NCBI GenBank assembly: GCA_051294375.1
Contig: CM119269.1
Location: 1,150,235 to 1,192,029, forward strand
DNA: 41,795 nt
Reading direction: 5' to 3'
From: Paraspadella gotoi
Taxonomy: Eukaryota > Animalia > Chaetognatha
The notes under the pieces were generated by a model that was given only the letters and a program-made list of their open reading frames with translations, made no database searches and was not told where the DNA came from. Below, one piece after another: positions 1 to 11,988 of the stretch. Numbering within the stretch: position 1 is the stretch's first letter; each line of letters begins with the position of its first letter. Position numbers and translations under genes: made by a program.

Positions 1-140
1 AAAAAAGGAACTTCTGCTCCAGCAAAAACAGAAAAAAAGAAAATTCTGCTCCAGCAAACACAGAAAAAAAAAGAAACTTCTGCTCCAGCAAAAACAGGAA
101 AAAAAGAAACTTCTGCTCCAGCAAAAACAGAAAAAAAAGA
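1..140. repeat. Tandem minisatellite, ~33-bp unit (AAAAAAGAAACTTCTGCTCCAGCAAAAACAG), 4 copies, cut by the window edge
   Basis: Four adjacent TTCTGCTCCAGCAAA cores separated only by A-rich linkers. Confidence 0.9.
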
Positions 141-236
141 CCCATTCGGTTTTTCACCCGAGGGGATTTAGATGGAAGGAGAAAAAAAAACCCGGTTATT
201 TTAATCTTCGTCGTTTTCCCCGATTTTTACTCCCAT

Positions 237-239
<3 letters not shown>

Positions 240-287
<48 letters not shown>
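240..287. repeat. (CT)n microsatellite
   Basis: Pure dinucleotide run. Confidence 0.95.
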
Positions 288-289
<2 letters not shown>

Positions 290-711
290 TTTCCCTTTCT
301 GTCTTCGTTGAAACGAATGACCGACAGACGTCAAACTTGGCACGCTTTGCGGCGCGTCGGTAATAAAACTCAAAACTGGTCGGCCTAGTTTTTTAAATAT
401 TTTTTTTTTAAATTTATTTAAACTAAAAGTAAGATTAAAAAAAATCATAAATTTCGTCAAATGCCTGTTAATGTATGTTTAAGGTAAAATTCAAAAAACT
501 TTCAATGAAAGAATAATAATTTTTGTTTTAAATTGAAATTTAATAAAACATGAGATTGAACTTTATTGGTTATTCCACTTACCCGAAAACTCCTTTAGTT
601 CACGAAAATTTACCCATTTTCTAATTCTTCTTAGGTTAGCTTAAAAAATCAAACAAAAAAAAAATCAAACAACCACGCGAATAAAATTGATAAATGACTG
701 TTTAGATGCAA

Positions 712-776
712 ACAATCAACTGACGAAGCCCCACATCTTGCTCATCCCGGGGTGAAGCAAAGACATCTCTTTGCAT
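712..776 (+). pseudogene. Possible fragment of a retrotransposon integrase zinc-binding (HHCC) domain
   Basis: Bases 722-757 read DEAPHLAHPGVK, resembling the EAH-x-x-H-P-G-x-x-K start of Ty3/Gypsy integrase zinc fingers. It is cut by a 100-N gap and lies upstream of exonuclease copy 1 on the same strand. The match is short. Confidence 0.4.
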
Positions 777-876
777 NNNNNNNNNNNNNNNNNNNNNNNN
801 NNNNNNNNNNNNNNNNNNNNNNNNNNNNNNNNNNNNNNNNNNNNNNNNNNNNNNNNNNNNNNNNNNNNNNNNNNNN

Positions 877-3800
877 TGTTGCAACACGGGCCCGAGGGTC
901 AAGCCATTAGAAAGATTTGGATACCGAGCGACATCAATTTGAGGGATGTGGAGATTGACATCGCGAAGATCCCACNNNNNNNNNNNNNNNNNNNNNNNNN
1001 NNNNNNNNNNNNNNNNNNNNNNNNNNNNNNNNNNNNNNNNNNNNNNNNNNNNNNNNNNNNNNNNNNNNNNNNNNNNNNNNNNNNNNNNNNNNNNNNNNNN
1101 NNNNNNNNNNNNNNNNNNNNNNNNNNNNNNNNNNNNNNNNNNNNNNNNNNNNNNNNNNNNNNNNNNNNNNNNNNNNNNNNNNNNNNNNNNNNNNNNNNNN
1201 NNNNNNNNNNNNNNNNNNNNNNNNNNNNNNNNNNNNNNNNNNNNNNNNNNNNNNNNNNNNNNNNNNNNNNNNNNNNNNNNNNNNNNNNNNNNNNNNNNNN
1301 NNNNNNNNTTCGTGACACCTCACCAAAGTTCCTTCATGAGATCTTGACCCACGAGAAAACGATCCTTGTGGGAAAAGACATAGAGAAGGATATTCGGGAA
1401 TTAAATGAAATGATCGGATTCCATCCAGCCAAATCAGGAAAAATAAGGTATATCGACGTCACCGATGTTTTTGGCTTATGCCAGGCTCTCGGAGAGGGGG
1501 AACAGGANNNNNNNNNNNNNNTCCTACGCAATAAATGGGTCAAGGACTTCGATGTTTCATTGGGCTTCTTCTACAACTTCGCCTTTAGGGACCGTTTTTT
1601 AGATAAACGAAGCCATCATCGCGATCACAGATCAGATTTCGGAGAAACTCGTGACCTTCTTTTTCGATCCAGTTTCCTATTCCGGCTCCTCTTAATTTAG
1701 GACTGCAAAGCCGTCGCTTAATTTCTCCGCCACTAAAATTATTACCTATTCGCTTGGGGTTGCAACCGCCGTCCAAACGTCGCTGACGTCTCAGATATGC
1801 AGCCCAATTTTTTGGGGATGGCTCACTCTTTAAGATCGCTAGTGCTTTGAAAGAGACAGAAGCATTTCAAACGACGAAAGCTCAGGGATTTTTCTCGAAT
1901 CTAAGAAGCCTCATACATGTTTCGAAGAAAGAGTTGCCGAGGCTTGATTATGGAGAAGACCAAGCGACGCAAAGATTCGAGAAATTGCCCTAGCCAAAGA
2001 TGAAAGATGCGCCGATCGAAGAATATTCAGATATGTCTTCGGGGGAGTGCGAACCGTCTCTCGTTCGCGGGATAGAGAGGTTGAAATATTGGCCAATCCA
2101 CTTTGTCCGCTCTTGCGTCGCCAACTGACACGCTCACACGGCCCCTAACTCGCCAGTTGCTCTCCTCAAGATTGCCCGCATCATCGTATCACACCACTAA
2201 AAGTTCCGGCCTTCGTGTCCAGACGCGAGTTCACCTACGACCGGGTCGTGGCCTTGGGCATTGAATTGCATATGCTAAAACAAAGCGAGATTACTTCATT
2301 TCTGAAATCGATCCGGACTTCCATCTCGACCAAAACGATGGTAAATTGGGTGGAGATCCTCAGGAACTCCCAATGGACTCCAAGAAGAATCGCCAAAGGT
2401 TCGTTCGATTGCGCGAACGATGATGGGATTCTTCTCGGGTCGCCGCCTCGCCGACTTTGTGCCTCGCGATCCTCGAAAAGGAGTCTGTTGGTCAAGCAAG
2501 CTCGCCGGCTTGGATCCAGCTAAATTATTTCTCTGTCTCCCAGCTGTTTTGCTGGACTACTTTCTCAATATATCAAATCGCTCGGACACCATTGAAAACT
2601 GTGGCCAAGAGCTTTTCAGAAAAATCAAATTGCTAAAACAATGATAGGCCTCATAATTTCGGGATATAAGATGAAGGGCGCAATGACGGAAAGCTTCGTT
2701 CTTGTGGTTTCTACGCCGGGCTCGATAATATCGAGAATTTCGAGGAAAATTTTCCCCCATACCGGGTTGGCCGATTTGTGCGAACCCTGTGCGAAGGCAC
2801 ACGGTATCGTCCTCCCCGATATGTACACATCTGTCGTTTGTGAGGCCCGCGCCGACGTGCTCGCTCGATATCGTATTTGAGAGCGAGACGGAACAACACG
2901 ACATGTTCGAGAGGCCTGTAACGTCATCTCAACAGTTTCTGAAGTAGATTTTCAACGTGCGGTGAAAGCCATCAGCAGCGTCAATTCAATCTCTTCTGCT
3001 TCTTACTATTCATTTCATGGATTTGAGCGGCATAGTTCTCTATTCTCGTCCATTTACGCGCGCTCCACATGATTCGTTTTTCTTGACCCTATAGCTGTTT
3101 ACTTCTTTTGGCCATTCAACGATATCTTGCACAATCTTGCCCATCTTGTTTGTGGATGGCAATTCTATCAGTGCATGATAATTAATGACATAACAATTTT
3201 GGGAAATTTCGAGAAAGCCTTCGTAGTTTCAAGAATATCGGGGCCTGGGGCTTGCATTTGCCTCTCCCTGGATTGAGATAGAGCGCGTCGACTTCTGTCC
3301 TTCTGCTGCAGTGGCCGGTGTCTTCCACTTTGGCCTCCAAAGTCCATGGAACCTCGCAAAGACTTGGGCAGGATTCTCGAGGATGTGGCATCGGTCGTTG
3401 CCGGTTTTCGTCTTCAGAAGATCTCGCCTCTTCGAGTATTTTCGTCGTGTATCTCTGTTCATGGTGTTTTGTCTCGTAGGATATGGTTGGTTTCTTGTAC
3501 TGCAGTTTTATTATCTTCTGTCTATTAATGTCAAATGTTTTGGGAACCCTAGGTCAGTCGGGACGGAATGACTCTATAAAGTTGTACTGGCGGGCGGCGG
3601 GTGATTGGGTAGGACGCGGTTCTCCTCCATCTTTTCTTCGGCCGACGCCTCCGACTTCGACCCGCTCTCGCCCTATCGCATGCGCATCTTACACGTCTGT
3701 CATTTATTTTCTGCGGGCAATTTTTGTATCATTTATTTCGTTTTTGTTTCTCATTTTATAGTGGATTTCGTATTTCTTTACTTTCTTCTTATTCAATTAG
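877..3800 (+). CDS. Retrotransposon extra ORF, DEDDy 3'-5' exonuclease-containing protein, copy 1 (gapped, frameshifted, very noisy after ~2940)
   Basis: ORF 771..1700 gives ...KFLHEILTHEKTILVGKDIEKDIREL...IRYIDVTDVF...SLGFFYNFAFRDRFLDK, an ExoII-type motif with WRN/EXD-like context. It is colinear with 23428-26190. Confidence 0.75.
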
Positions 3801-3916
3801 AGAGGGGACCCAGGCCTGCACCATGGGACATATTCCTTGTGGACATCAATACTGGGAGAACTTATTGATCCCGATGCGTGTTTGTTCGTTTTGCTGTTGT
3901 TTTATTGGTTATGTGT
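3799..3916 (+). mobile_element. Degraded PPT and start of the 3' LTR of copy 1
   Basis: AGAGAGGGGA followed by ATGGGACATATTCCTTGTGGACATC...ACTTATTGATCCCGATGCGT matches the LTR start at 26205-26270. It ends at a 25-N gap. Confidence 0.65.
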
Positions 3917-3951
3917 NNNNNNNNNNNNNNNNNNNNNNNNNAGAGAGAGAT

Positions 3952-5963
3952 AGTTTCATTGGGCTTCTTTCTACAACTTCGCCCTTTAGGGACCTTTTTT
4001 TAGATTAACGAAGCATTACATCGCTGATCTACGAGATCAGATTTCGGAGAAAAAATCTCTGTGACCTCTTGTCCCCCGAGCCGAGTTGTCCTAATGCCGC
4101 CCTCGACGCACAAAGCCAGCTCGTGCGGATTGCCGCCACTAAACATTATACTTTACCGATGCTTGGGTTGCACCGCGGCCAACTCGCTCGCGGAGATATG
4201 CAGCCCAATTTTTGGGGATGGCTCACTCTTTAAGATCGCTAGTGCGCTTTGAAAGAGAATGAAGCATTTCAACGACGAGAAGCTCAGGGATTTTTCTCGA
4301 ATCTTAAGAAGGCGCTCATTACATGTTTCGAAGAAGAGATGTTGGCCGAGGCTGAGATGGAGAAGACCAAGGCGAGCGCAAAGACTGTCGAGAAATTGCC
4401 CTAGCCAAGATGAAGAATGGCGCCCGATCGAAGAATATTCAGAGATTGTCTGTCGGGGGAGTGCGAACCAGTCTCTCGGTGTCGGATAGGGCTGGAGATA
4501 CGTGAAGACGATATGTGGCCGGGCAATCTCCCTATTGTCCCGTCTTAGCGGTCGCCAATCTGAACGCTCAGCAACACGGCCACCTAACTCCGGCCAGTTC
4601 GTCCTGCGCTCAATAGATTGGGGCCGCGCAGCTTAATCCGATATGACAGTCGCCAAAAGTTCCGGCGCTTGCGTGGTCGCAGACCAGGGCGAAGTTGCAC
4701 CTCCGACCGGGTACGTGGGGCCTGGGCATTGGAGAATTGTCATTATAGGCTTAAAGACAAAGGCGAGATTACTTCATTTCTGAAATCGATCGCGGACTTC
4801 ATCTCCGACCAAAAGATGGTATATTGGGTGAGAATCCTCATGGAACTCCCGAATGGACTCCAAGCAAGAATCGCCAAAAGGTTCGTTCGATTGCGCCGAA
4901 CGATGATGGGATTCTTCTCGGGTCGCCGCCTGCCGACTTTTGTCTCCGCGATCGCTCGAGAAAGGAGTCGTTGGTCAAGCAAGCTCGCCGGCTTGATCCA
5001 GCTAAATTATTTCTCTGTGCTCCCAGCTGTTTTGCTGGACTACTTTCTCAATGATATCAAATCGCTCGGACACATTGAAAACTGTGGGCCAAGAGCTTTG
5101 CAGAAAAATCAATGCGGGCGTAAGAATATCCTACAATGATAGGCCTCATAATTTCGGGATATAAGATGAAGGGCGCAATGACGGAAAAGCTTCGTTCTTG
5201 TGGTTTCTACGCCGGGCTCGATAATATCGAGAATTTCGAGGAAAGATTTTCCCCATACCGGGTTGGCCGATTTGTGCGAACCCTGTGCGAAGCACACGGT
5301 ATCGTCCTCCCCGATATGTACCATCTGGTCGTTTGTGAGGCCCGCGCCGACGTGCTCGTCGAATCGTATTTGAGAGGCGAGACGGAACAACACGACATGT
5401 TCGAAGCCTGTAACGTCATCTCAACAGGTTCTGAAGAGATTTTCAAGCGTTGCGTGAAACGCATCGCAGCGTCAGATTCAACTCTCGCCACATTCATCAT
5501 GGATTTGAGCGGCATAGCCTACCGTCCATTTACGCCTGCTCCACATGATNNNNNNNNNNCAAGCTGTACTCTGCCATTCAACGATATCTTGCACAACTTG
5601 CCCACCTTGTTGCGTGATGGCAATCTACACGGCAAGATAATTAATGACAAAACAATTTTGGGAAAATTTCGAGAAGCACTTCGTAGTTCCAAGAATATCG
5701 CTGTGGGCTTCATTTGCCTCTCCCTGGATTGGAGAGAGCGCGTCGACTTTCCGTCCTTCTGCTGCAGTGGCCGTGTCTTCCACTTTGGCCCCAAAAGTCT
5801 CATGGAACCTCGCAAAGACTTGGGCAGGATCTCGAGGATTCGCATCCGCGTCGGCTTTTCGTCTTCAGAAGGATTCGCCTCTTCGAGTATTTTCGTCGTG
5901 ACCTGTCATGGGTGCCGAGGAAGTGGGTCGACGCAGAAGACGTCTGCAAACAGAATGGTTGGG
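3952..5963 (+). CDS. Retrotransposon extra ORF, copy 2 (partial; probably a redundant assembly of copy 1)
   Basis: Repeats the sequence from ~1553 onward directly after a 25-N gap. It holds the cleanest reading of the C-terminal half (ORF 5136..6212: KLRSCGFYAGLDNIENFEERFSPYRVGRFVRTLCEAHGIVLPDMY...ALRSSKNIAVGF) and shares diagnostic substitutions with copy 1. Confidence 0.75.
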
Positions 5964-6063
5964 NNNNNNNNNNNNNNNNNNNNNNNNNNNNNNNNNNNNN
6001 NNNNNNNNNNNNNNNNNNNNNNNNNNNNNNNNNNNNNNNNNNNNNNNNNNNNNNNNNNNNNNN

Positions 6064-6858
6064 CCGAACCTTCGGAACCGAATAATTATGAAATCTGCTC
6101 GACACCAAATATACTTAACCTTTTCCCTCTAGGATTTCAAACACACATGTACCCATCCGAACCTTCGGAACCGAATAATTATGAAATCTGCTCAACGCCA
6201 AATACTATCTAGAAAAAAGTTAGAAAAACATTTTTAATTGAGATATCTACTCGAAAACGTGCTCAGATTTTTAAAAAAATCAGGGATGTTCAGATTCTAC
6301 ACTAAATTTCCTTCATGCTTCCTTCCATTTTTCGTAGATCCAACCGTATAGAAGTTAGAGAGCCAAAATAAGAATTGCTACCTCAGTGAAAAATGGCGGA
6401 AAAAATCGCCTTTTAGTTTTCACAATTCTTGGTATTGAGTATTTGTTCTATTTAAAATTGATTAGGTTATTTTTTTCCATTTTTTTAAAATTGGTTATGC
6501 CGAATAAGACAGCCCCTCTGCTTTGGTTCATAAAGGTGACAAATTGTAGCTGCTGAGAAAAGAGGGAAAGACGCAACAATTCATACAGCAATAGACTTGA
6601 AATCCTCGGGGCTGAAAAGAATTGCCGCAAAGGTGTGGAAAAACATTTCACCTTTGTACCTCAATTCGCTTAAGACGAGAGGCATGCCCAGAAACGATGC
6701 AGGCAGTGTTGATGCGAGGGAGGGCATACCAAATATTGAGAATGTTTACTCATGTTTTGTATTTTTTATGATAATGAACTTTTAAAAAAAAATGTTTCTA
6801 ACTTTTTTCCTAGATAGTATATTTTAACCTTTTCCCCTCTAGGACTTCAACCCACACA
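6064..6858. repeat. 93-bp tandem repeat, second unit interrupted by a MITE
   Basis: CCGAACCTTCGGAACCGAATAATTATGAAATCTGCTC starts at both 6064 and 6157. The second unit resumes at ~6820 (TTAACCTTTTCCCCTCTAGGACTTCAA). Confidence 0.85.
6205..6817. mobile_element. MITE with ~30-bp terminal inverted repeats and a TA target duplication (Tc1/mariner-type)
   Basis: The left end CTATCTAGAAAAAAGTTAGAAAAACATTTTT is nearly the reverse complement of the right end AAAAATGTTTCTAACTTTTTTCCTAGATAG. TA flanks both sides (6203-6204, 6818-6819), and the empty site CCAAA-TA-TACTTAACC is at ~6105-6120. Confidence 0.85.
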
Positions 6859-7984
6859 ACTCCTGTACCACCGACTGGTAGCCCAAATGCGGCTTGTAAA
6901 CTCGGACTTTCGTAACACCTTATTATTTCCAGTTCCTGTCCGTAAGTTCAATCAGTGCAGTGTAATCCCAACTGGCGCGATTGGATCCCTTAAATTCTCT
7001 CACTCCTCCCTACGAGATCCTTCGCGATTTGATCCAATCCTCCCCGAATCCGAGATCCCTTGCGAGTGGATTGGATCCCTTAACTTCTCTCACTCTCGGA
7101 CCGAGATCCCTTATCTGCCCTTGACTTTGATCCCCGATTCTTTCTCTCGCCTCAACCCAATTTATTTCCTCTTGATTCCTGCTGTCGCTGCCTTCCGGTT
7201 TTTTTTTTCCTTTCTAAATTCTCACGACGGATCTAAAAAGGGGTTTTCACCCTGACGCGCGTCACCGCAGCTTAAATGACCGCACTAAAAGACCTCTCAC
7301 AATCCGTCGCCCGTCACCTTTTGAGTCTCTATGTATATACCCCAGTGGGGTTGTAAAAATTTTATGATTATCTGAAGATAAGATATGGGTAATACCTCGA
7401 TTTTCTATTTTCAATCGGATAAAATAATGTGAAAAGGTCTTGAACGTTAGGATTACGTGATTACTTTAAGATTTAAGATTAAGATTTAAGATTACTTTAA
7501 GATTACTTTAAGATTAAGTGCTCAAGTAAGTGCACACGACCCTAAAATGGTCAGACTTTGAAAATAAGTTATTTCCTAACCTTCGACTCACCATTTTTCC
7601 TTCACTGGAAATCCTCTAATATTCAAGCTCCAACATTTTTTCTCCTGGAATCTAAAATGGGAAGGGTTTTTTTTTTCCACTAGAGGAAGTCCTACGCTTC
7701 CAAAAACCTGACCTCTTTTCAATTCGCTCCTACGAGACGCCGGTTCGGTACATCGATACTGGCGGCAAGTCCGTCTACATTTCTCTGACATTGCGACTCC
7801 TTATCCTCCGCTCCTTGACTCCCTCTCCTCGCTCCACCTCTCTCCCTCTACTTCATGCCATTCCCGTCATTCTACTTCGAATTGATTCCGTGGATTTGGG
7901 TTGAATAGTTCCTTGATTAAACTCCGCATCGGAAAAAAGGAGAGAATGAGAGAGAAGAATCAGATCAGAAGAAAAAGGCGGAAA

Positions 7985-8002
7985 AGGAGAGGGAGAAGAG
8001 AG

Positions 8003-8034
<32 letters not shown>

Positions 8035-8074
8035 AATGGGCGTCGTTTCACGGGAAGGGCGGAACGTATTCGAC

Positions 8075-8128
<54 letters not shown>

Positions 8129-8130
8129 GC
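7985..8130. repeat. (GA)n and (CT)n microsatellites in opposite orientation
   Basis: GA run at ~7985-8033 and CT run at ~8080-8130. Confidence 0.9.
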
Positions 8131-8884
8131 TCTACCCCCAGAGTGAACTTGGATCTTTTATTTCTTTTCGTCACCTGAGGAGGAAGAGCCCGGTTTTTTT
8201 TTCTAAAGAGAAACGGAGGAAAACGATCGTCTTCGCTTTGTTAATTATCCCATTCTTCTTCGTCGTCGTCGTGGTCGTCGTCGTCGTCGTGGTCGTCGTC
8301 GTTTTTCGTTAAGATTTTAACTAAACTATTGAGATTTTACAATTGTCTTTGATTATGATTTCCCCGCCCCCGAATTCCTTCACTATCCTATCCACTTATT
8401 TTGTATAAAATTAAGTACAATAATATCTAAATTCTTACACGTCATGACGTAAATGATGATGATTTTTTGACGTCAATAACAACGTCGATTACATTTTGTC
8501 GTAGTCAAAGACAATTTCTAAATATCTTTTTTCCCATTTTTTTATCAAGTGATTTCGTCTTCTGTTTCTTCGGGAGGATCTTGCGTGCAGATGTTGAAAA
8601 ATTAAGATTAAACTCTAAATCTCTGATCTTGTTGATTGATTTTGTAGCGAATGATTTCACGGCGGTTTTCACCTTGGTTTGTTTTATCAATGATAGGATC
8701 GCTGACGTCGCTGCAATGACCCGTCAAAGGTTCCCCTTAAAATTCTTGCAGCCCCAACGCTAGGATTACCCACCTCGGCGCCAACCCCACGCAACCTCAG
8801 CGCCACTTTGGCGCCACCTCTGAAGTCTCAAGTCGACTCTCGCCTTAGAAACAGATGGAGCTTAAACACCTGCGCATGCGCGAG

Positions 8885-8919
8885 AGAAAGATAGAAAGAA
8901 AGAAAGAAAGATAGAAAAA

Positions 8920-9011
<92 letters not shown>

Positions 9012-9032
9012 AAAAAAAAGAGAAAGAGAGAG
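8885..9032. repeat. (AAAG)n microsatellite
   Basis: Long tetranucleotide run. Confidence 0.95.
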
Positions 9033-9362
9033 AACGAGGAAGAATTATTCTATTCATTGCCATTTTCTATCGGTTTATAAATAAAAGATAAATAAAAAAA
9101 GAAAAGAAAAAAAATCTATAGCCTATCTGCAAGAAGATATCATTTTATACTTAAGTCTTCGCGTCGCCTTTTTAGTCGCAAGAATCCTTTTTTTTTCGAT
9201 ATTTTCGTTACTTTTTAAAATATAAAAATAATCAAGAGAAAAATACGTTGATTCCAAAATAACCATCTCAATAATTCTATAAAAGAAAATTTCCAATTAA
9301 ATAATACCTAAATTTATATTTTGAAAAGGTGAACGGGTTACACGCTCAAGCCAAAAAATATA

Positions 9363-9740
9363 TTTTTAGTTTCGCCGCTAGTACTCGCGGAGCAACTCTA
9401 TAAGTCACTTTTTGGTCGGTCTGTCGGTTGGTCTGTCGGTCGGTATGTCAGTCCACCATCTGTCCCACTTACGTTAAAAATGCTCATAACTCTCATATAG
9501 TTGGTTGCTCATTTGTCAAGACAGGAAAAAACATCAAATCTAAGGGACTGCTAGCGCCGCCTTCAGGAAATCCTAAAAATATAAAGAATAAAAAACAAAA
9601 TTCCGATGCAGTGCGGGTCAGAAATACACTGGCTAAGAAAGTTATTGTAGTCATGTAGTTATATCATGTCATGTCATGAGAAATACACGTGATAAGGCAG
9701 TCACTGCGGCGCAACACCTTTGAATCACCGTTCTTGTTTT
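9363..9740 (+). mobile_element. Helentron/DINE-1-like non-autonomous element, copy A
   Basis: T-rich start; 5' subterminal repeat GTTTCGCCGC with nearby partner GCAACT; (GTCG/GTCT)n microsatellite; (CATGT)n; 3' inverted subterminal repeat GCGGCGCAAC; terminal TTCTTGTT. Homologous to 20996-21359 and 38200-38535. Confidence 0.7.
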
Positions 9741-10071
9741 CTCTTATAACTTAAAAGTAAAATGTAAAATCTTGCCGAAAGGAGAACTCGAGGGGCTTTC
9801 GTCTCTCCCGACCAAAAGACATTCGATTCGTTGAGAGAGAAAAAATTTGAGACAAAGATGGCGGCGACGAGTGACGAATTGAAGCCAAAATTTCCTAGTT
9901 TTTTAGTTTCGCCGAAAGAGGGAGACGAGGAAATGAGGGATTGACGAGCAGGGCGGTTGGCGTTGGCACGGAGTGACGCTCCAGGCGTCAGCGTTTTCGC
10001 CAAATTTAGTGTATTTACCGTTGTTTCAAGTTTCGCCAGTATTGATGTAATCATTTCGACAGCACAAAGGG

Positions 10072-10222
10072 AAAAAAGAAAAGAAAAGAAAAGAAAAGAA
10101 AAGAAAAGAAAAGAAAAGAAAAGAAAAGAAAAGAAAAGAAAAGAAAAGAAAAGAAAAGAAAAGAAATGAAAAATAAAAGAAAAGAAATGAAAAAGAAAAG
10201 AAAAGAAAAGAAAAGAAAAGAA
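10072..10222. repeat. (AAAAG)n microsatellite
   Basis: Pentanucleotide run, with a noisier copy at 11250-11405. Confidence 0.95.
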
Positions 10223-10346
10223 AGGAAAATTGCGGAGAGGACGTTTGCCACGATTCCCAGCGCCATCGTCGGCAACGTTTGGAGAGATTAAGAATTGAAA
10301 CGGCGTCGGAAGCGCCGGCGGCTGGAGAGGCAGAAGCAGCGGCGGC

Positions 10347-10377
<31 letters not shown>

Positions 10378-11132
10378 GCGGCGGCAGAATCGGTTGTCGC
10401 ATCACTCGTCGTTGACGAAAGGTGACGCGACTGGAAACGACGTCGATGACGCCGACGAAACGACGAAAATCACACGAATTCTAACGCGAGACGTTGAGGC
10501 GTGAAACTGTCGCGCTTTGAGCTCGACGATAATATAAGACATCGTGATCATGCTGCAGTCGGTTCAGGGCTTGAAGAATCTTAGAGAAGCAACAGTCATA
10601 TCCCTTTTACACGACGACGACTTGGACGACGACGCCGATAACGACGACGCTTAGCAGTACGTCTCTTCCTCCACGAGGTGCTAGCGGGAACATCCTTTCG
10701 GACGGCAAAAGAGACGGAGGCTCGAGCAATCAAGGAGAAGGAAAAGCCGAACTAACTTGACTAACGGGAGGAGGCCAGGCCAAGCCGACCTGGTCACCTC
10801 CTCCCCCTCTTCCTCCCCTTTGCCCCCCCTCACTCCTCCATCTTTCCCCACCTTCTTCAAACAATATTCTGTCAGCAGCCTCTCACTGTTGTCTGCTTAC
10901 CTAAGACAGCTTTAAGAGCGAGATAGTTCCGTTTTCTACGAATGCCTTTCAAGTCAAGTCAAGATAACGACGACGCCGATAATGTCGACGCCATTGGCGC
11001 CATGTTGGCGTCAAAACGGGAATCTTCCTTCCGGTGAAAAAGAAGCGATAATGACTAATGGCGCGAGGGAGATTTTTACTAAGGGCCAAAGGTTTTTTTT
11101 TCCCTTAAGACAAAATCCGATTCTGAGCTCTC

Positions 11133-11178
<46 letters not shown>

Positions 11179-11988
11179 CTCTCTCTCTCTCTTCTCTCTC
11201 NNNNNNNNNNNNNNNNNNNNNNNNNAATTTTGAAAGCACAAAGGGAAATAATAAAAGAAAAGAAAATGGAAAAATGAAAGAGAAGAAAAAGAAAATAAGA
11301 AAAAAGAGAAAAAGAAGAAAAGAGAAAAAGGAAGAAAAGAAAAGAAATAAAGAAGAAAAGAAAAGAAAAGCAAAAGAAAAGAAAAGAAAAGAAAAGAAAA
11401 TAAAAAGAGGAGTAGGGAGGACGTTGCCACGATTCCCAGCGCCATCGTCGGCAACTTGGAGAGATTATTAAGAATTGAAACGCGTCGGAAGCGCCGCGGC
11501 TGGAGAGGCAGAAGCAGCGGCGGCGGCGGTCGCGCGGAGGGCGGCGGCGGCCAGAATCGGTTGTCGCCATCACCCGTCGTTGACGAAAGGTGACGCGACT
11601 GGAAACGACGTCGATGACGCCGACGAAACGACGAAAATCACACGAATTCTAACGCGAGACGTTTGAGGCGTGGAAACTGTCGCGCATTGATGCTCGACTA
11701 TAATATAAGACATCGTGATCATGCTGCAGTCTGGTTCAGGCTTGAAAGAATCTTAGAAGAAGGAAACAGTTTCATTATCCTTACACGACGACCGCTTGGA
11801 CGAAACGACGGCGGATAACGGAACCCGACGCTTAGCAGTACGTCTCTTCCTCCACGAGGCTTGCTAGCGGCGAACATCCTTTTCGGACGTGCAAAAGAGA
11901 CGGGAGGCTCGAGCATATCAAGCGAGAAGGAAAAGCCGAACTCACTTGACTAACGGCAGGAGGCCAGGCCAAGCCGCACCTGGTTCAC

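Noticed and set aside
1-140. 33-bp repeat as CRISPR
   Set aside because: No spacers, only A-rich linkers.
771-1700. 309-aa ORF as a complete gene, and other ORFs spanning N runs (e.g. 17720-18493, 41097-41768)
   Set aside because: Their lengths are inflated by N gaps. Only the real-base parts of 771-1700 are coding, as part of the larger frameshifted ORF.
6064-6212. EPSEPNNYEICSTPN repeat as the C-terminus of ORF 5136..6212
   Set aside because: It lies beyond a 100-N gap and belongs to a 93-bp tandem repeat. Copies 3 and 4 show a different true C-terminus.
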